A DNA stretch of 59,007 bases from the NCBI GenBank assembly GCA_035685905.1, contig DASRZY010000280.1:1-59007 (forward strand), given 5' to 3'. Both the position numbers and the translations under genes were made by a program. Positions 1-9,254 of this stretch are shown one piece after another. The notes under the pieces were generated by a model. The model was not told the DNA's origin. It saw nothing but the letters and a program-made list of their open reading frames with translations, and searched no databases. Within the stretch, counting starts at the first letter, position 1, and every line of letters starts with the position of its first letter. This DNA is from Syntrophales bacterium (GTDB lineage Bacteria > Desulfobacterota > Syntrophia > Syntrophales > UBA2192).

Positions 1-119
1 AGACCGGGATTGATGATGTGCCATTGATACCAGCGGCCCTCGAGCCTGTCAAGCGGTGGCAAAAGCGCTCAGTCGGTGGAAGTCGGGGAGAAGCCTGATC
101 CCGGATAACTTCTTCTCTC

Positions 120-1160
120 TTATCGGGATTTGAACAGGTTGCGGATCGAGGGGCCGAAGGGTTTTTTCGCAACTCCGGCCTCGGTGATGATGGCCGTGAT
201 GTAGCGATGCGGGGTCACGTCGAAGGCGGGGTTGTAGACTTCGACCTTTTCGGGGGCCGTCCTCACGCCATGGAGGTGTTTCACCTCGTCGCTGTGCCTC
301 TCTTCGATGGGGATGCCGCTGCCGTCGGCAATCGAGCGGTCAATGGTGGAAAGCGGGGCCGCCACGTAGAAGGGGATCCTGTGCTCCCTGGCCAAAACGG
401 CGAGCGAGTAAGTCCCGATCTTGTTGGCCGTGTCGCCGTTTGCTGCGATCCGGTCGGCGCCGACGATCACGAGGTTGACCTTTCCCTGGGCCATGACAAA
501 GCCGGCCATGCTGTCCGTGATCAGGGTCGCCGGGATCCGGTCTTCCATGAGCTCCCAGCAGGTCAGCCTCGCCCCCTGGAGCACGGGACGCGTCTCGTCG
601 GCATAGACGTGTATCGTTTTCCCGTCTTCCCGGGCCGCCCGGATGACACCCAGGGCCGTCCCGTAGCCCGCTGTCGCCAACGCGCCGGCGTTGCAGTGAG
701 TGAGGATGTTGTCGCCGTCGCGGATGAAGGCCTTCCCGTTGAGGCCGATCCGGCGGTTGATCTCGATGTCCTCCTCGCCGATGGCGATGGCCTCTTCGAC
801 AAGGGCCTTTTTCACCGCGGCAATCCCTGCGGGCAGCGCCTCTGCGAAGCGCCGCTGCATGCGCTCGATGGCCCAGAATAGATTTCGCGCCGTGGGGCGC
901 GCCTTCGCGAAGGACTCGCAGAGGTTGTTGAAGGACGCTCGAAATTCGACGACGGGGGTCTCGGGGAGCTGCAGCGTGCCCAGCGCGATGCCCATGGCCG
1001 CGGCAACCCCGATCGCGGGGGCTCCACGGATGGTGAGATCCTTGATGGCGGTGACGACGTCGCGCCAGTCTGTCAGGGTCAGGTAGCGGACCTTTCCCGG
1101 AAGGGCCTTCTGGTCGATGAGGACGACGGCGTCGTCGGCCCAGAGAATGGTTCGGATCAT
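120..1160 (-). CDS. mtnA: S-methyl-5-thioribose-1-phosphate isomerase (eIF-2B-like family)
   Basis: 346-aa ORF. Motifs [22 protein letters not shown] and [18 protein letters not shown] are typical of MtnA. The start ATG overlaps the gatB stop (ATGA). Confidence 0.85.
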   Translation of the reverse strand: MIRTILWADDAVVLIDQKALPGKVRYLTLTDWRDVVTAIKDLTIRGAPAIGVAAAMGIALGTLQLPETPVVEFRASFNNLCESFAKARPTARNLFWAIERMQRRFAEALPAGIAAVKKALVEEAIAIGEEDIEINRRIGLNGKAFIRDGDNILTHCNAGALATAGYGTALGVIRAAREDGKTIHVYADETRPVLQGARLTCWELMEDRIPATLITDSMAGFVMAQGKVNLVIVGADRIAANGDTANKIGTYSLAVLAREHRIPFYVAAPLSTIDRSIADGSGIPIEERHSDEVKHLHGVRTAPEKVEVYNPAFDVTPHRYITAIITEAGVAKKPFGPSIRNLFKSR

Positions 1161-2590
1161 GATCCCGAAAGCATCTTCTTGAGCAGGTCGTTGACGAGCT
1201 GCGGGTTTGCCTTGCCCTTCGTGAGCTTCATCACCTGGCCCACGAAGAAGGCAAAGAGCTTCTCCTTGCCTGCCCGGTACTCGGCGAGCTGCGCCGGGTT
1301 TTTCGCCATGGCCTCCTCGATGGCCCCTACAACGGCCCCCTCGTCGGTGATCTGGGTGAGGCCCTTCTCCTTGACGATGTCTGCGGGCTTCTTGGACGAC
1401 TTGTACATCTCCTCGAAGACTTCCTTGGCGATCTTGCCGCTGATGGTCCCGTCCTCGATGAGGTTGATCATCTGGGCCACGTGGTCGGGGGAAACGGGGG
1501 ATTCCTTGATGTCGCGCTTCTGCTCGTTGAGATAGCGGAGCAGATCGCCCATGACCCAGTTGCTGACGATCTTGGGCTTGCCGCAGAGTTTCACCGTCTC
1601 TTCATAAAAGTCGGCCAGGGCCCGGGTGGTCGTGAGCACGCTTGCGTCATAGACCGGGATGCCGTACTGCGCAACGAAGCGGTCCTGTTTCTCCAGCGGC
1701 AGCTCAGGGAGCGCCCTGCGGACCTCCTCGATCCACTCGCTCGAGATCATGATGGGCACGAGGTCCGGGTCGGGGAAGTAGCGGTAGTCGTGGGCTTCCT
1801 CCTTGCTGCGCATGGAGTGGGTCTGCCCCTGGGCGTCGTCCCAGAGGCGGGTCTCCTGGACGACCTCGCCGCCGCTCTCCAGGATGTACTGCTGGCGCTT
1901 GACCTCGTACTCGAGGGCCCTCTGGACATTGCGGAAGGAGTTCATGTTCTTGAGCTCCGCCCGGGTGCCGAAGGCCGCTTCGCCCTTCGGACGGATGGAG
2001 ACGTTGGCATCGCAGCGAAACGACCCTTCTTCCATGTTGCCGTCGCAGATCTCGAGGTAGACGAGAATATCGCGCAGCCTGCGCAGGTACTCGCCTGCCT
2101 CCTCGGGGCTTCGCATGTCGGGCTCGCTCACGATCTCGATGAGGGGCACGCCCGTGCGGTTGAAGTCCACGTAGCTCCAGGGGTTGCGCTCATCGTGGAT
2201 GAGCTTGCCGGCGTCTTCCTCCATGTGGATCCGGGTGATGCCGATCCGTTTCTTCCCGCCGTTGAGCACGATGTCGATGTGGCCATGCTCGGCCAGCGGG
2301 TGGGCGTACTGGGAGATCTGGTAGCCCTTGGGAAGATCGGGGTAGAAGTAGTTCTTCCGGGCGAAGTTCTCGTACGCGTTGATGCTGCAGTTGGTGGCAA
2401 GCCCCATCCTGATGGTGAACTCCACGACCTTCCGGTTCAGGACGGGGAGCACTCCCGGCATGCCCAGACAGATCTGGCAGGTGTGTTCGTTGGGCCCGGC
2501 CCCGAATTTCGTGGAGCAGCCGCAGAATATCTTGGAGTCGGTCAGAAGCTGGGCGTGAACCTCCAGCCCGATGACGGTTTCGTAAGCCAT
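1157..2590 (-). CDS. gatB: Asp/Glu-tRNA amidotransferase subunit B
   Basis: Homology starts at [25 protein letters not shown]. The upstream 190+ aa of the 671-aa track ORF are R/P/G-rich and overlap gatA in another frame. The ATG at 2590 overlaps the gatA stop (TAATG). Product is 477 aa. Confidence 0.95.
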   Translation of the reverse strand: MAYETVIGLEVHAQLLTDSKIFCGCSTKFGAGPNEHTCQICLGMPGVLPVLNRKVVEFTIRMGLATNCSINAYENFARKNYFYPDLPKGYQISQYAHPLAEHGHIDIVLNGGKKRIGITRIHMEEDAGKLIHDERNPWSYVDFNRTGVPLIEIVSEPDMRSPEEAGEYLRRLRDILVYLEICDGNMEEGSFRCDANVSIRPKGEAAFGTRAELKNMNSFRNVQRALEYEVKRQQYILESGGEVVQETRLWDDAQGQTHSMRSKEEAHDYRYFPDPDLVPIMISSEWIEEVRRALPELPLEKQDRFVAQYGIPVYDASVLTTTRALADFYEETVKLCGKPKIVSNWVMGDLLRYLNEQKRDIKESPVSPDHVAQMINLIEDGTISGKIAKEVFEEMYKSSKKPADIVKEKGLTQITDEGAVVGAIEEAMAKNPAQLAEYRAGKEKLFAFFVGQVMKLTKGKANPQLVNDLLKKMLSGS

Positions 2591-4047
2591 TAGAGTTTCG
2601 GCCTCCTTCGTTCGATTCCGGAATGTTGCTCGTAGGCGTGGGCGACCTGCAGGAGCTTTCCCTCCTGGAAGTGGCCCGCCTGGAACTGGACCCCGATGGG
2701 CAGGCCCCCCTGCGTGTACCCGCAGGGAACAGAGATGCCCGGGATGCCCGCGAGATTCGTCGAGATCGTAAAAATGTCCGAGAGATACATCTGCAGCGGG
2801 TCGTCCATCTTCTCGCCGATCTTGAAGGCGGGCGTGGGGGTCGTGGGGGTCAGGATCACGTCGCAGGTCTTGAAGGCTTCCTGGAAGTCGCGCTTGATCA
2901 GGGTGCGCACCTGGGAGGCTTTCTTGTAGTAGGCGTCGTAGTATCCCGACGACAGGGCGTAGGTCCCGATCATGATGCGGCGCTTCACCTCGGGGCCGAA
3001 GCCCTGCGAGCGCGTCTTCTTGTACATCTCCATGAGGTCTCGCCCGTCGGTCGAGCGGTAGCCGTACTTCACGCCGTCGTAGCGGGCAAGGTTGGAGCTC
3101 GCCTCGGCCGGCGCGATGATGTAGTAGACCGCAAGGCAGTACTGCGTGTGGGGAAGCGAGATCGCGACGCACTTTGCGCCGAGGCCCTCGATGACCTGGA
3201 TCGTCCTTTTCACTGCGGCGTCGACCTCGGCGTCGATGCCCTCGATGAAGTACTCCTTGGGGATCCCAACGGTGAAGCCCTTGATGTCCTTGCCGATAAA
3301 GCTGCGATAGTCGGGGACTTCCGTGGGCACCGACGTGGACTCCATGGGATCGTAGCCGGCGATGGCATTCAGCATGATGGCCGAGTCCTCCACGTCCTTC
3401 GTGAAGGGGCCGATCTGGTCAAGCGACGAGGCAAAGGCGACGAGCCCGTAGCGCGAGACGCGCCCGTAAGTGGGCTTGAGGCCGACAACACCGCACAGCG
3501 CCGCGGGCTGGCGGATGGAGCCCCCCGTGTCGGAGCCCGTCGCGGCGATGCATTCGTCGGCCGCCAGGGCCGCAGCGGAGCCTCCGCTGGAGCCTCCGGG
3601 TATGCGCTCCAGGTCCCAGGGGTTGCGGGTGACGCCGAAATAAGAGGTTTCCGTGGAGGAACCCATGGCGAACTCGTCCATGTTCGTCTTGCCGACGAAT
3701 ACGGCCCCCTCGTCACGCAGCTTCTTCACCACCGTGCCGTCATAGGGCGGCACGAAGTTGTGCAGGATATGCGAGCCGCAGGTTGTGCGGTATCCTCTCG
3801 TGCACATGATGTCCTTGAGCGCGATGGGGATGCCGGTGAGCGGCCTGATGTTTCCCTTGCCGATCTCACTGTCGGCCTTTTTCGCTCCCTCGAAGGCGTA
3901 TTCCTTCATCATCGTGGTGAAGGAGCGGACCCGGTCCTCGACGGCATCGATGCGCTTGAAAACGTCCGTCACGATCTCCGTGGACGTGACTTCCTTCTTT
4001 TTGATCTTGTCCTGTAACTCGTGTATCGTCAGTTCATTCAGTCCCAT
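2590..4047 (-). CDS. gatA: Asp/Glu-tRNA amidotransferase subunit A (amidase signature)
   Basis: Amidase signature [14 protein letters not shown] prefer the ATG at 4047 ([11 protein letters not shown]), which has GGAG upstream; the track start at 4059 is a TTG. Confidence 0.95.
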   Translation of the reverse strand: MGLNELTIHELQDKIKKKEVTSTEIVTDVFKRIDAVEDRVRSFTTMMKEYAFEGAKKADSEIGKGNIRPLTGIPIALKDIMCTRGYRTTCGSHILHNFVPPYDGTVVKKLRDEGAVFVGKTNMDEFAMGSSTETSYFGVTRNPWDLERIPGGSSGGSAAALAADECIAATGSDTGGSIRQPAALCGVVGLKPTYGRVSRYGLVAFASSLDQIGPFTKDVEDSAIMLNAIAGYDPMESTSVPTEVPDYRSFIGKDIKGFTVGIPKEYFIEGIDAEVDAAVKRTIQVIEGLGAKCVAISLPHTQYCLAVYYIIAPAEASSNLARYDGVKYGYRSTDGRDLMEMYKKTRSQGFGPEVKRRIMIGTYALSSGYYDAYYKKASQVRTLIKRDFQEAFKTCDVILTPTTPTPAFKIGEKMDDPLQMYLSDIFTISTNLAGIPGISVPCGYTQGGLPIGVQFQAGHFQEGKLLQVAHAYEQHSGIERRRPKL

Positions 4048-4104
4048 ACTTGACTCCAAACTCTTTCCTTTTTGCCTGGTCCCTGCACCCCGGTCCCCGG
4101 TCCC

Positions 4105-4392
4105 TTATTCAATGACCTTCGGTACCCGGTAGCAGTTGCCGCTGTCGTCGGGGGCGTTGGCCAGTGATAGCTCCGGGGGGAGCGATTCCCAGACAACGTC
4201 CTCCCGGAAGGCGTTCTGGATGGCAATGGCGTGCGTCTCGGGCTCGACGCCCGTCGTGTCCACTTCGTTGAGTTTCTCCATGTAGAGAAGGATATTGTTC
4301 AGCTGGATGGTGAATTTCTCCTTTTCCTCTTCGCTGAACTCGAGCCGCGCCAGATGGGCCACGTATTCAACCTGATCCTTCGTGATCTTCAC
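4105..4392 (-). CDS. gatC: Asp/Glu-tRNA amidotransferase subunit C
   Basis: 95 aa, MKITKDQVEYVAHLARLEFSEEEKEKF. GTG start with GGAGG 8 nt upstream. Lies directly upstream of gatA. Confidence 0.9.
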   Translation of the reverse strand: MKITKDQVEYVAHLARLEFSEEEKEKFTIQLNNILLYMEKLNEVDTTGVEPETHAIAIQNAFREDVVWESLPPELSLANAPDDSGNCYRVPKVIE

Positions 4393-4460
4393 TCTTCAAT
4401 CCTCCAAGTAATGAAACCGCTTCATCGCGAAGCGGCATTCGATTTCCCTGTTTTCGTTAC

Positions 4461-4486
4461 CCTTTACCCTGGACCCTGAACCCTTT
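4461..4486 (-). repeat. dispersed 26-nt repeat (AAAGGGTTCAGGGNCCAGGGTA..), minus-strand copy
   Basis: The reverse complement, AAAGGGTTCAGGGTCCAGGGTAAAGG, matches 32130-32155 at 24 of 26 positions. Confidence 0.8.
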
Positions 4487-4505
4487 GGCCCGCCGCGAAG
4501 CGGCA

Positions 4506-5564
4506 TTATTGAAAGCACTTCCAGTATGGCTTGATCTGGCCGATCACCGAATCAATCGTCCGGTTGATGGACGCGTCGGCCTCGCTCTCGTGGCGCCTCA
4601 GATCCGCCTCCGTCACGCGGGTGGCGCTGCTCATTTCGTTGAGTACCACCCTGATGCCGTCCGTGAGCCCCCCGAGGTGATAACCGCCCTCGAGGACGGC
4701 AACGAACTTTCCGCCGCAGCATTCGTCGGCGATGTCCATGAGCACCCGGGCAAGCATCCCGAAGCCCGACGGTGTCACCTTCATGCCTCCCAGGGGATCC
4801 CGGAAGTAGATGTCGAAGCCCGCCGACAGCAGGATGATCTCGGGCATGTAATCGAATGCAAGGGGCTGGAGCACCCGGCGGAAAATCCGGAGATACTCGG
4901 CATCGCCGGGGCCTGTCCGCAGGGGCACATTCACCGTGAACCCCGTCCCATCGCCCCGGCCGATTTCCTGGAGGCTCCCGGTCCCGGGGTAGTAGGGAAA
5001 CTGGTGGGTCGAGAAATAGACGACCCGGGGATCCTCGTAGAAGGAATGCTGGGTGCCGTTCCCATGATGGAGGTCCCAGTCGACAATGAGGACCCGCCTC
5101 ATCTTGTGAACCTTGATGGCGTGCATCGCCCCGATGGCGACGTTATTGAAGATGCAAAAACCTGCTGCCCGGTTTGCCTCTGCGTGGTGGCCGGGCGGCC
5201 GGACGAAGGCAAAGGCGTTGCGCAGATCGCCCTTCACGACACCGTCGACTGCATTCAGAAACCCTCCAACGGCAAGCTTGGCGATCTCGTAGGACTCGGC
5301 GGAGGCCTCCGTGTCCGGATCGAGGTACGTATGGTCCTTTCCCGCAGACTGGGCAATCATCTTCACGTAGGAGTGCTTGTGGATCATCTCGATCTCTTCG
5401 TCAAGAGCGACCCGCGGTTTCACTTCCACGAATTTCCCAGCCATTTCAGGGCTTTCGAGCATCTTGTAGATGGATTCGAGCCGCTTGGGGGATTCGGGGT
5501 GGTAATGGCCCGTCTCGTGACGGAGGTACCGGTAATCCTTTACGATTCCAGTCGCCGAAGCCAT
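4506..5564 (-). CDS. histone deacetylase-family (AcuC/class II HDAC-like) amidohydrolase
   Basis: Motifs RPPGHHAE, FCIFNNVAIG and DWDLHHGNGTQ. I prefer the start at MASATGIV (ATG 5564), which has GGGAG upstream. Confidence 0.85.
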   Translation of the reverse strand: MASATGIVKDYRYLRHETGHYHPESPKRLESIYKMLESPEMAGKFVEVKPRVALDEEIEMIHKHSYVKMIAQSAGKDHTYLDPDTEASAESYEIAKLAVGGFLNAVDGVVKGDLRNAFAFVRPPGHHAEANRAAGFCIFNNVAIGAMHAIKVHKMRRVLIVDWDLHHGNGTQHSFYEDPRVVYFSTHQFPYYPGTGSLQEIGRGDGTGFTVNVPLRTGPGDAEYLRIFRRVLQPLAFDYMPEIILLSAGFDIYFRDPLGGMKVTPSGFGMLARVLMDIADECCGGKFVAVLEGGYHLGGLTDGIRVVLNEMSSATRVTEADLRRHESEADASINRTIDSVIGQIKPYWKCFQ

Positions 5565-5658
5565 AAGGGACTCCCTTCGGGGTGAGATCAGAAGGGATTC
5601 ATTACCACACAATCCCTTAAAAATCAAAAGGATTCCCTCTCGGGGACGGTCAAAAGCC

Positions 5659-5687
5659 TTGACAATGGGGATGACAAACTATATTTA
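5659..5687 (+). promoter_or_regulatory. sigma70-like promoter candidate for tatA
   Basis: TTGACA (5659-5664), a 17-nt spacer, then TATTTA (5682-5687), about 30 nt upstream of the tatA GTG. Confidence 0.4.
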
Positions 5688-5718
5688 GTTATAATTACGC
5701 AATTTCCGAGGTGTTGCC

Positions 5719-6024
5719 GTGTTCGGAATCGGCATGCAGGAACTGATCATCATTCTCGTCGTGGCGCTCATCTTCATCGGGCCCAAAAAGCTGCCCGATC
5801 TTGCCAAGGCCCTGGGCAAGGGGGTTGCCCAGTTCAAGAATGCCATGGACGACGTGAAGGGCACCTTCGACGAAGGCATCAAGAAGGAGATGACCCAGGT
5901 AAAGGATTCCATTCTCGAGGACAAACCCGAAGTCAAGACGAAGGGAAATGAAGGGGAGACGACAGAACAGAAGCCTGTCGATCCTTACATAGCGGCGGAA
6001 GAGAAGAAAGACAAACCTGCATGA
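5719..6024 (+). CDS. tatA: twin-arginine translocase TatA/TatE/TatB-family protein
   Basis: N-terminus MFGIGMQELIIILVVALIFIGPKKLPDLAKALGKG is canonical for TatA. GTG start with GAGGTG upstream. Confidence 0.85.
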   Translation: MFGIGMQELIIILVVALIFIGPKKLPDLAKALGKGVAQFKNAMDDVKGTFDEGIKKEMTQVKDSILEDKPEVKTKGNEGETTEQKPVDPYIAAEEKKDKPA

Positions 6025-6125
6025 GGATCAAGGCGCAAGGATAAAGGCTAAAGGCCTCGGGTAACAGACGCGAGCCGTTTCTTGCCATAGGTCAGTTGCC
6101 TTTCGCCCTTCGCCATTTTTTTATT

Positions 6126-6884
6126 ATGACGGAACCCGAAAACGACAAGATGCCACTCACCTCCCACCTGGAGGAGCTGCGCAAGAGGCTTATCCGCAGC
6201 ATGATCGCCATCGGTGTGGCCTTCCTGGGCTGTTACGCTTTTGTTGAGGACCTCTTCCGGATCATCGCACAGCCCCTGATCAGCGTTATGCCGGCAAACG
6301 GCTACCTGGTATACACGGGACTTCCCGAGGCCTTTTTCACCTACATCAAGGTCGCCTTTTATGTGGGGCTGTTCATCGCCAGCCCCTTCGTGCTCTACCA
6401 GATCTGGAAGTTCATATCACCGGGCCTCTTCCCGAAAGAAAAGAAATTCGTGGCCCCCTTCGTCATCACCTCCACGCTTCTGTTTGTCGGCGGCGTCTGC
6501 TTCGGCTATTTCCTGGTGCTCCCGCCGGCATACAAGTTCTTCCTGGAATTTTCGACGGACTATCTCAAGCCCATGCTCTCCATTCGCGAATACATTTCGC
6601 TCACACTGAAACTCCTGCTCGCATTTGGGATTATTTTCGAAATCCCTGTCTTTCTTTTCTTTATGACGAAGATCGGCCTGGTGACGCCGCGCAAGCTGGC
6701 GAAGACACGTCGCTACGCCATCGTGGTCTGCTTCATCATCGCGGCGATCATCACGCCCACGCCGGATGCCTTTACGCAGTGCATGATGGCGATCCCCATG
6801 GTCATCCTCTACGAGGTCGGAATCATCGTCTCCAAGCTCGCCGTGCGAAAGAAAGACGATGCGGACAACGAACAGCCTGAATGA
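6126..6884 (+). CDS. tatC: twin-arginine translocase subunit TatC
   Basis: PLTSHLEELRKRLIRS followed by six predicted TM segments. Start taken at MTEPENDK (ATG 6126), in frame with the track ORF. Confidence 0.9.
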   Translation: MTEPENDKMPLTSHLEELRKRLIRSMIAIGVAFLGCYAFVEDLFRIIAQPLISVMPANGYLVYTGLPEAFFTYIKVAFYVGLFIASPFVLYQIWKFISPGLFPKEKKFVAPFVITSTLLFVGGVCFGYFLVLPPAYKFFLEFSTDYLKPMLSIREYISLTLKLLLAFGIIFEIPVFLFFMTKIGLVTPRKLAKTRRYAIVVCFIIAAIITPTPDAFTQCMMAIPMVILYEVGIIVSKLAVRKKDDADNEQPE

Positions 6885-8914
6885 AACCGAATAACCGATC
6901 CCTGAAAAGAGTCATTGTCAAGCGAGCCCGCCGGAGCCGTTTTTTCCGCATGCTTTTTTCCGCCATGATCGTCCTGGGGCTGCTGGCATGTATAGGCGCT
7001 GCGGGACTGGTGGCGTACCTGGCCTATGAATCCCCCAGCGTGGATGCCCTCAAGGACTACCGGCCGAACACGACGACCCGTGTTTACTCGGACAAAAACG
7101 AACTCGTGGATTCCTTTTTTGCCGAAGACCGCCACGTGGTCCCCATTTCGGAGATCCCCGACGTGGTCATCAAGGCCTTTGTCGCGGGCGAGGACGCCCG
7201 ATTTTTCCAGCACGAGGGTCTTGATCTCATCGGCATCCTGCGGGCCTTCGTCAAGAACATGATCGCCGGCGAAATCGTCCAGGGCGGCAGCACCATCACC
7301 CAGCAGGTGGCCCGCTCGCTTTACCTTTCGCCGGAGAGGACCTTCACGCGCAAGATCCGGGAAGCGATCCTCGCATACAAGATCGACCGCTACCTGAAAA
7401 AGACCGAGATCCTCGAGCTCTACCTCAACCACATTTACCTCGGCCACGGGGCCTACGGGATCGAGGCTGCGGCCCAGAGCTACTTCGGCAAGTCGAGCCG
7501 GAACCTGACGCTCTCCGAAGCGGCCGTGCTCGCGGGGCTGCCCAAGGCGCCCAGCCGGTTCTCCCCCTATGTGAACATGGAGCGGGCACGCCAGCGTCAG
7601 GCCTACGTTCTCACCCGGATGCAGGAAGACGGCTACATCACGCTGGCCGCCCGGGACAAGGCCCTGAAGGAACCCATCAAGCTCATCTCGTCGAAGCCCC
7701 GGGAGAAGATCGCCCCCTACTTCACGGAGAACGTACGGCGCTACATCCTGGAGAAGTACGGCGCCGACGCCCTCTACCGGGAGGGGCTCGAGATCTACAC
7801 GACGATCAACGTGGAGATGCAGAAGGCGGCAAACGAGGCCGTGGAGCGGGGCCTCAAGGAGATGGAGACGCGGGAGAAATTCGCGCCGGGCGAGCTCCAG
7901 GGAGCGCTTTTGTGCATGGATGTGAGGACCGGCGAGATCAAGGCCATGGTGGGGGGACGGGATTACAAGAAAAGCGAGTTCAACCGGGCCACCCAGGCCA
8001 GGCGCCGGCCCGGGTCCTCTTTCAAGCCCTTCGTCTACACGGCCGCCTTCGACAAAGGGATGACGCCGGCATCGGTGATCATCGACTCGCCCATCATCTT
8101 CAATGACGCCGCACGGGGCGAGTGGAAGCCGCAGAACTTCGAGCACAAATTTTTCGGTCCCACGACACTGCGGACGGCGCTCACGTTTTCGCGCAACGTC
8201 GTCACCGTCAAGGTTCTCCAGGAGGCAGGGCTTGCCTACGTCATCGACTACGCCCACAACATGGGCATCAACTCGCCTCTTACCCGCGACCTGACTCTCG
8301 CCCTGGGGACTTCAACCGTCACCCTTCAGGAGATGATCCGCGGCTACGGCGTGCTTGCCAATAGCGGCAAGCGGGTCGAGCCCTACTTCATCCGCAAGAT
8401 CGTCGACCGGCACGGACACATCCTCGAGGAGCAGGCGCCCCAGGTCGAACAGGCCATTGACCCGCGCATTGCCTTTCTCACCACATCGGTGCTGCAGAAC
8501 GTCATCCAGGAGGGAACGGGCGAGCGGGTAAAGGCCATCGGCAGGCCGGTGGCCGGCAAAACGGGGACCACGGACGACTACTTCGACGCCTGGTTCATCG
8601 GCTACACGCCGTCTCTGGTGGCCGGCGTGTGGGTGGGCTTCGACGCGGAGAAGACCATGGGACGCTCCGGCGTGGGCGGCCGGGCTGCGGCCCCCATCTG
8701 GCTCTACTTCATGGAGCAGGCCCTGGCGGGAAAACCGGTGGAGGCCTTCACCGCGCCCGAGGGGATCGTCTTTGCCCGCATCGACCCCAAGACGGGCCTC
8801 CTCGCAGGCCCCGGGACGAAGGATTCCGTTTTCGAGAGCTTCCTCGAGGGCACAGCGCCGAAAGAGTACTCTGCCGCAACAAGCGAGGACTCCGGCGAGG
8901 CCGTGAGGCCCTAG
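6881..8914 (+). CDS. mrcA: penicillin-binding protein 1A (bifunctional transglycosylase/transpeptidase)
   Basis: GT51 motifs EDARFFQHEGLD, GGSTITQQ and RKIREA. Transpeptidase motifs SSFKP and KTGTT. N-terminal TM anchor. ATGA overlap with tatC. Confidence 0.9.
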   Translation: MKPNNRSLKRVIVKRARRSRFFRMLFSAMIVLGLLACIGAAGLVAYLAYESPSVDALKDYRPNTTTRVYSDKNELVDSFFAEDRHVVPISEIPDVVIKAFVAGEDARFFQHEGLDLIGILRAFVKNMIAGEIVQGGSTITQQVARSLYLSPERTFTRKIREAILAYKIDRYLKKTEILELYLNHIYLGHGAYGIEAAAQSYFGKSSRNLTLSEAAVLAGLPKAPSRFSPYVNMERARQRQAYVLTRMQEDGYITLAARDKALKEPIKLISSKPREKIAPYFTENVRRYILEKYGADALYREGLEIYTTINVEMQKAANEAVERGLKEMETREKFAPGELQGALLCMDVRTGEIKAMVGGRDYKKSEFNRATQARRRPGSSFKPFVYTAAFDKGMTPASVIIDSPIIFNDAARGEWKPQNFEHKFFGPTTLRTALTFSRNVVTVKVLQEAGLAYVIDYAHNMGINSPLTRDLTLALGTSTVTLQEMIRGYGVLANSGKRVEPYFIRKIVDRHGHILEEQAPQVEQAIDPRIAFLTTSVLQNVIQEGTGERVKAIGRPVAGKTGTTDDYFDAWFIGYTPSLVAGVWVGFDAEKTMGRSGVGGRAAAPIWLYFMEQALAGKPVEAFTAPEGIVFARIDPKTGLLAGPGTKDSVFESFLEGTAPKEYSAATSEDSGEAVRP

Positions 8915-8972
8915 CCGGCCCGAGGCCGGCGGCCACGAGCCGCAAGCCTCGAGGCAAAGAAAGAAAAAATAC

Positions 8973-9001
8973 TTGACAACCGAGCGGTTTTATTGGATAA
9001 G
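8973..9001 (+). promoter_or_regulatory. sigma70-like promoter of the ilv leader/operon
   Basis: Perfect TTGACA (8973-8978), a 17-nt spacer, then GATAAG (8996-9001). A-rich tract upstream. The leader ORF starts about 30 nt downstream. Confidence 0.5.
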
Positions 9002-9033
9002 GGGATTCGTTTTTTTACAACCGGAGAGCATTC

Positions 9034-9117
9034 ATGATCCATCAAATTATTACGAGCATCCCGGTCGTCGTAGTCGTCGTCATCGTACAGGCGGGGACCG
9101 CAGCTCGCACTCTCTGA
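9034..9117 (+). CDS. ilv operon leader peptide (Val/Ile-rich, 27 aa)
   Basis: GGAGAG lies 5 nt upstream of the ATG. Translation is MIHQIITSIPVVVVVVIVQAGTAARTL (7 Val, 5 Ile). Two intrinsic terminators follow immediately, then ilvB. Confidence 0.6.
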   Translation: MIHQIITSIPVVVVVVIVQAGTAARTL

Positions 9118-9138
9118 TGGAAACATAGAGCAAAACGA

Positions 9139-9168
9139 GCCGCGGCCCCCGAAAGACCGCGGCTTTTT
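9139..9168 (+). terminator. attenuator terminator 1 (ilv leader)
   Basis: GCCGCGG-cccccgaaaga-CCGCGGC followed by TTTTT. The upstream segment GGGGACCGC (9093-9101) can pair with the 5' arm, giving an alternative antiterminator. Confidence 0.6.
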
Positions 9169-9179
9169 CTTACAGGAAA

Positions 9180-9212
9180 GCCGCAACGGAAAAAACGTTC
9201 GCGGCTTTTTTT
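9180..9212 (+). terminator. attenuator terminator 2 (ilv leader)
   Basis: GCCGCAACG-gaaaaaa-CGTT(C)GCGGC followed by TTTTTTT. Confidence 0.6.
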
Positions 9213-9254
9213 CTATCGCTATCATTATCATTCATGATCGGAGGAGGTAGTCCC

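Noticed and set aside
2591-3172. N-terminal extension of about 190 aa on the gatB ORF (the 671-aa track ORF).
   Set aside because: The extension overlaps gatA in another frame and has shadow-ORF composition. GatB homology starts exactly at MAYETVIG, whose ATG overlaps the gatA stop.
6809-8257. Long ORFs antisense to, or out of frame with, real genes. Examples: 6809..8257, 9228..10391, 12891..14402, 19894..20970, 22233..23918, 28227..29810, 37801..39063, 39589..40743, 41801..43090, 45441..46394, 46500..47957, 49670..50995 and 50925..52007.
   Set aside because: Their translations are dominated by R/G/P/A/H/D runs with no recognisable motifs. Each fully overlaps a gene that has clear family signatures. 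These are the typical shadow ORFs of high-GC DNA.
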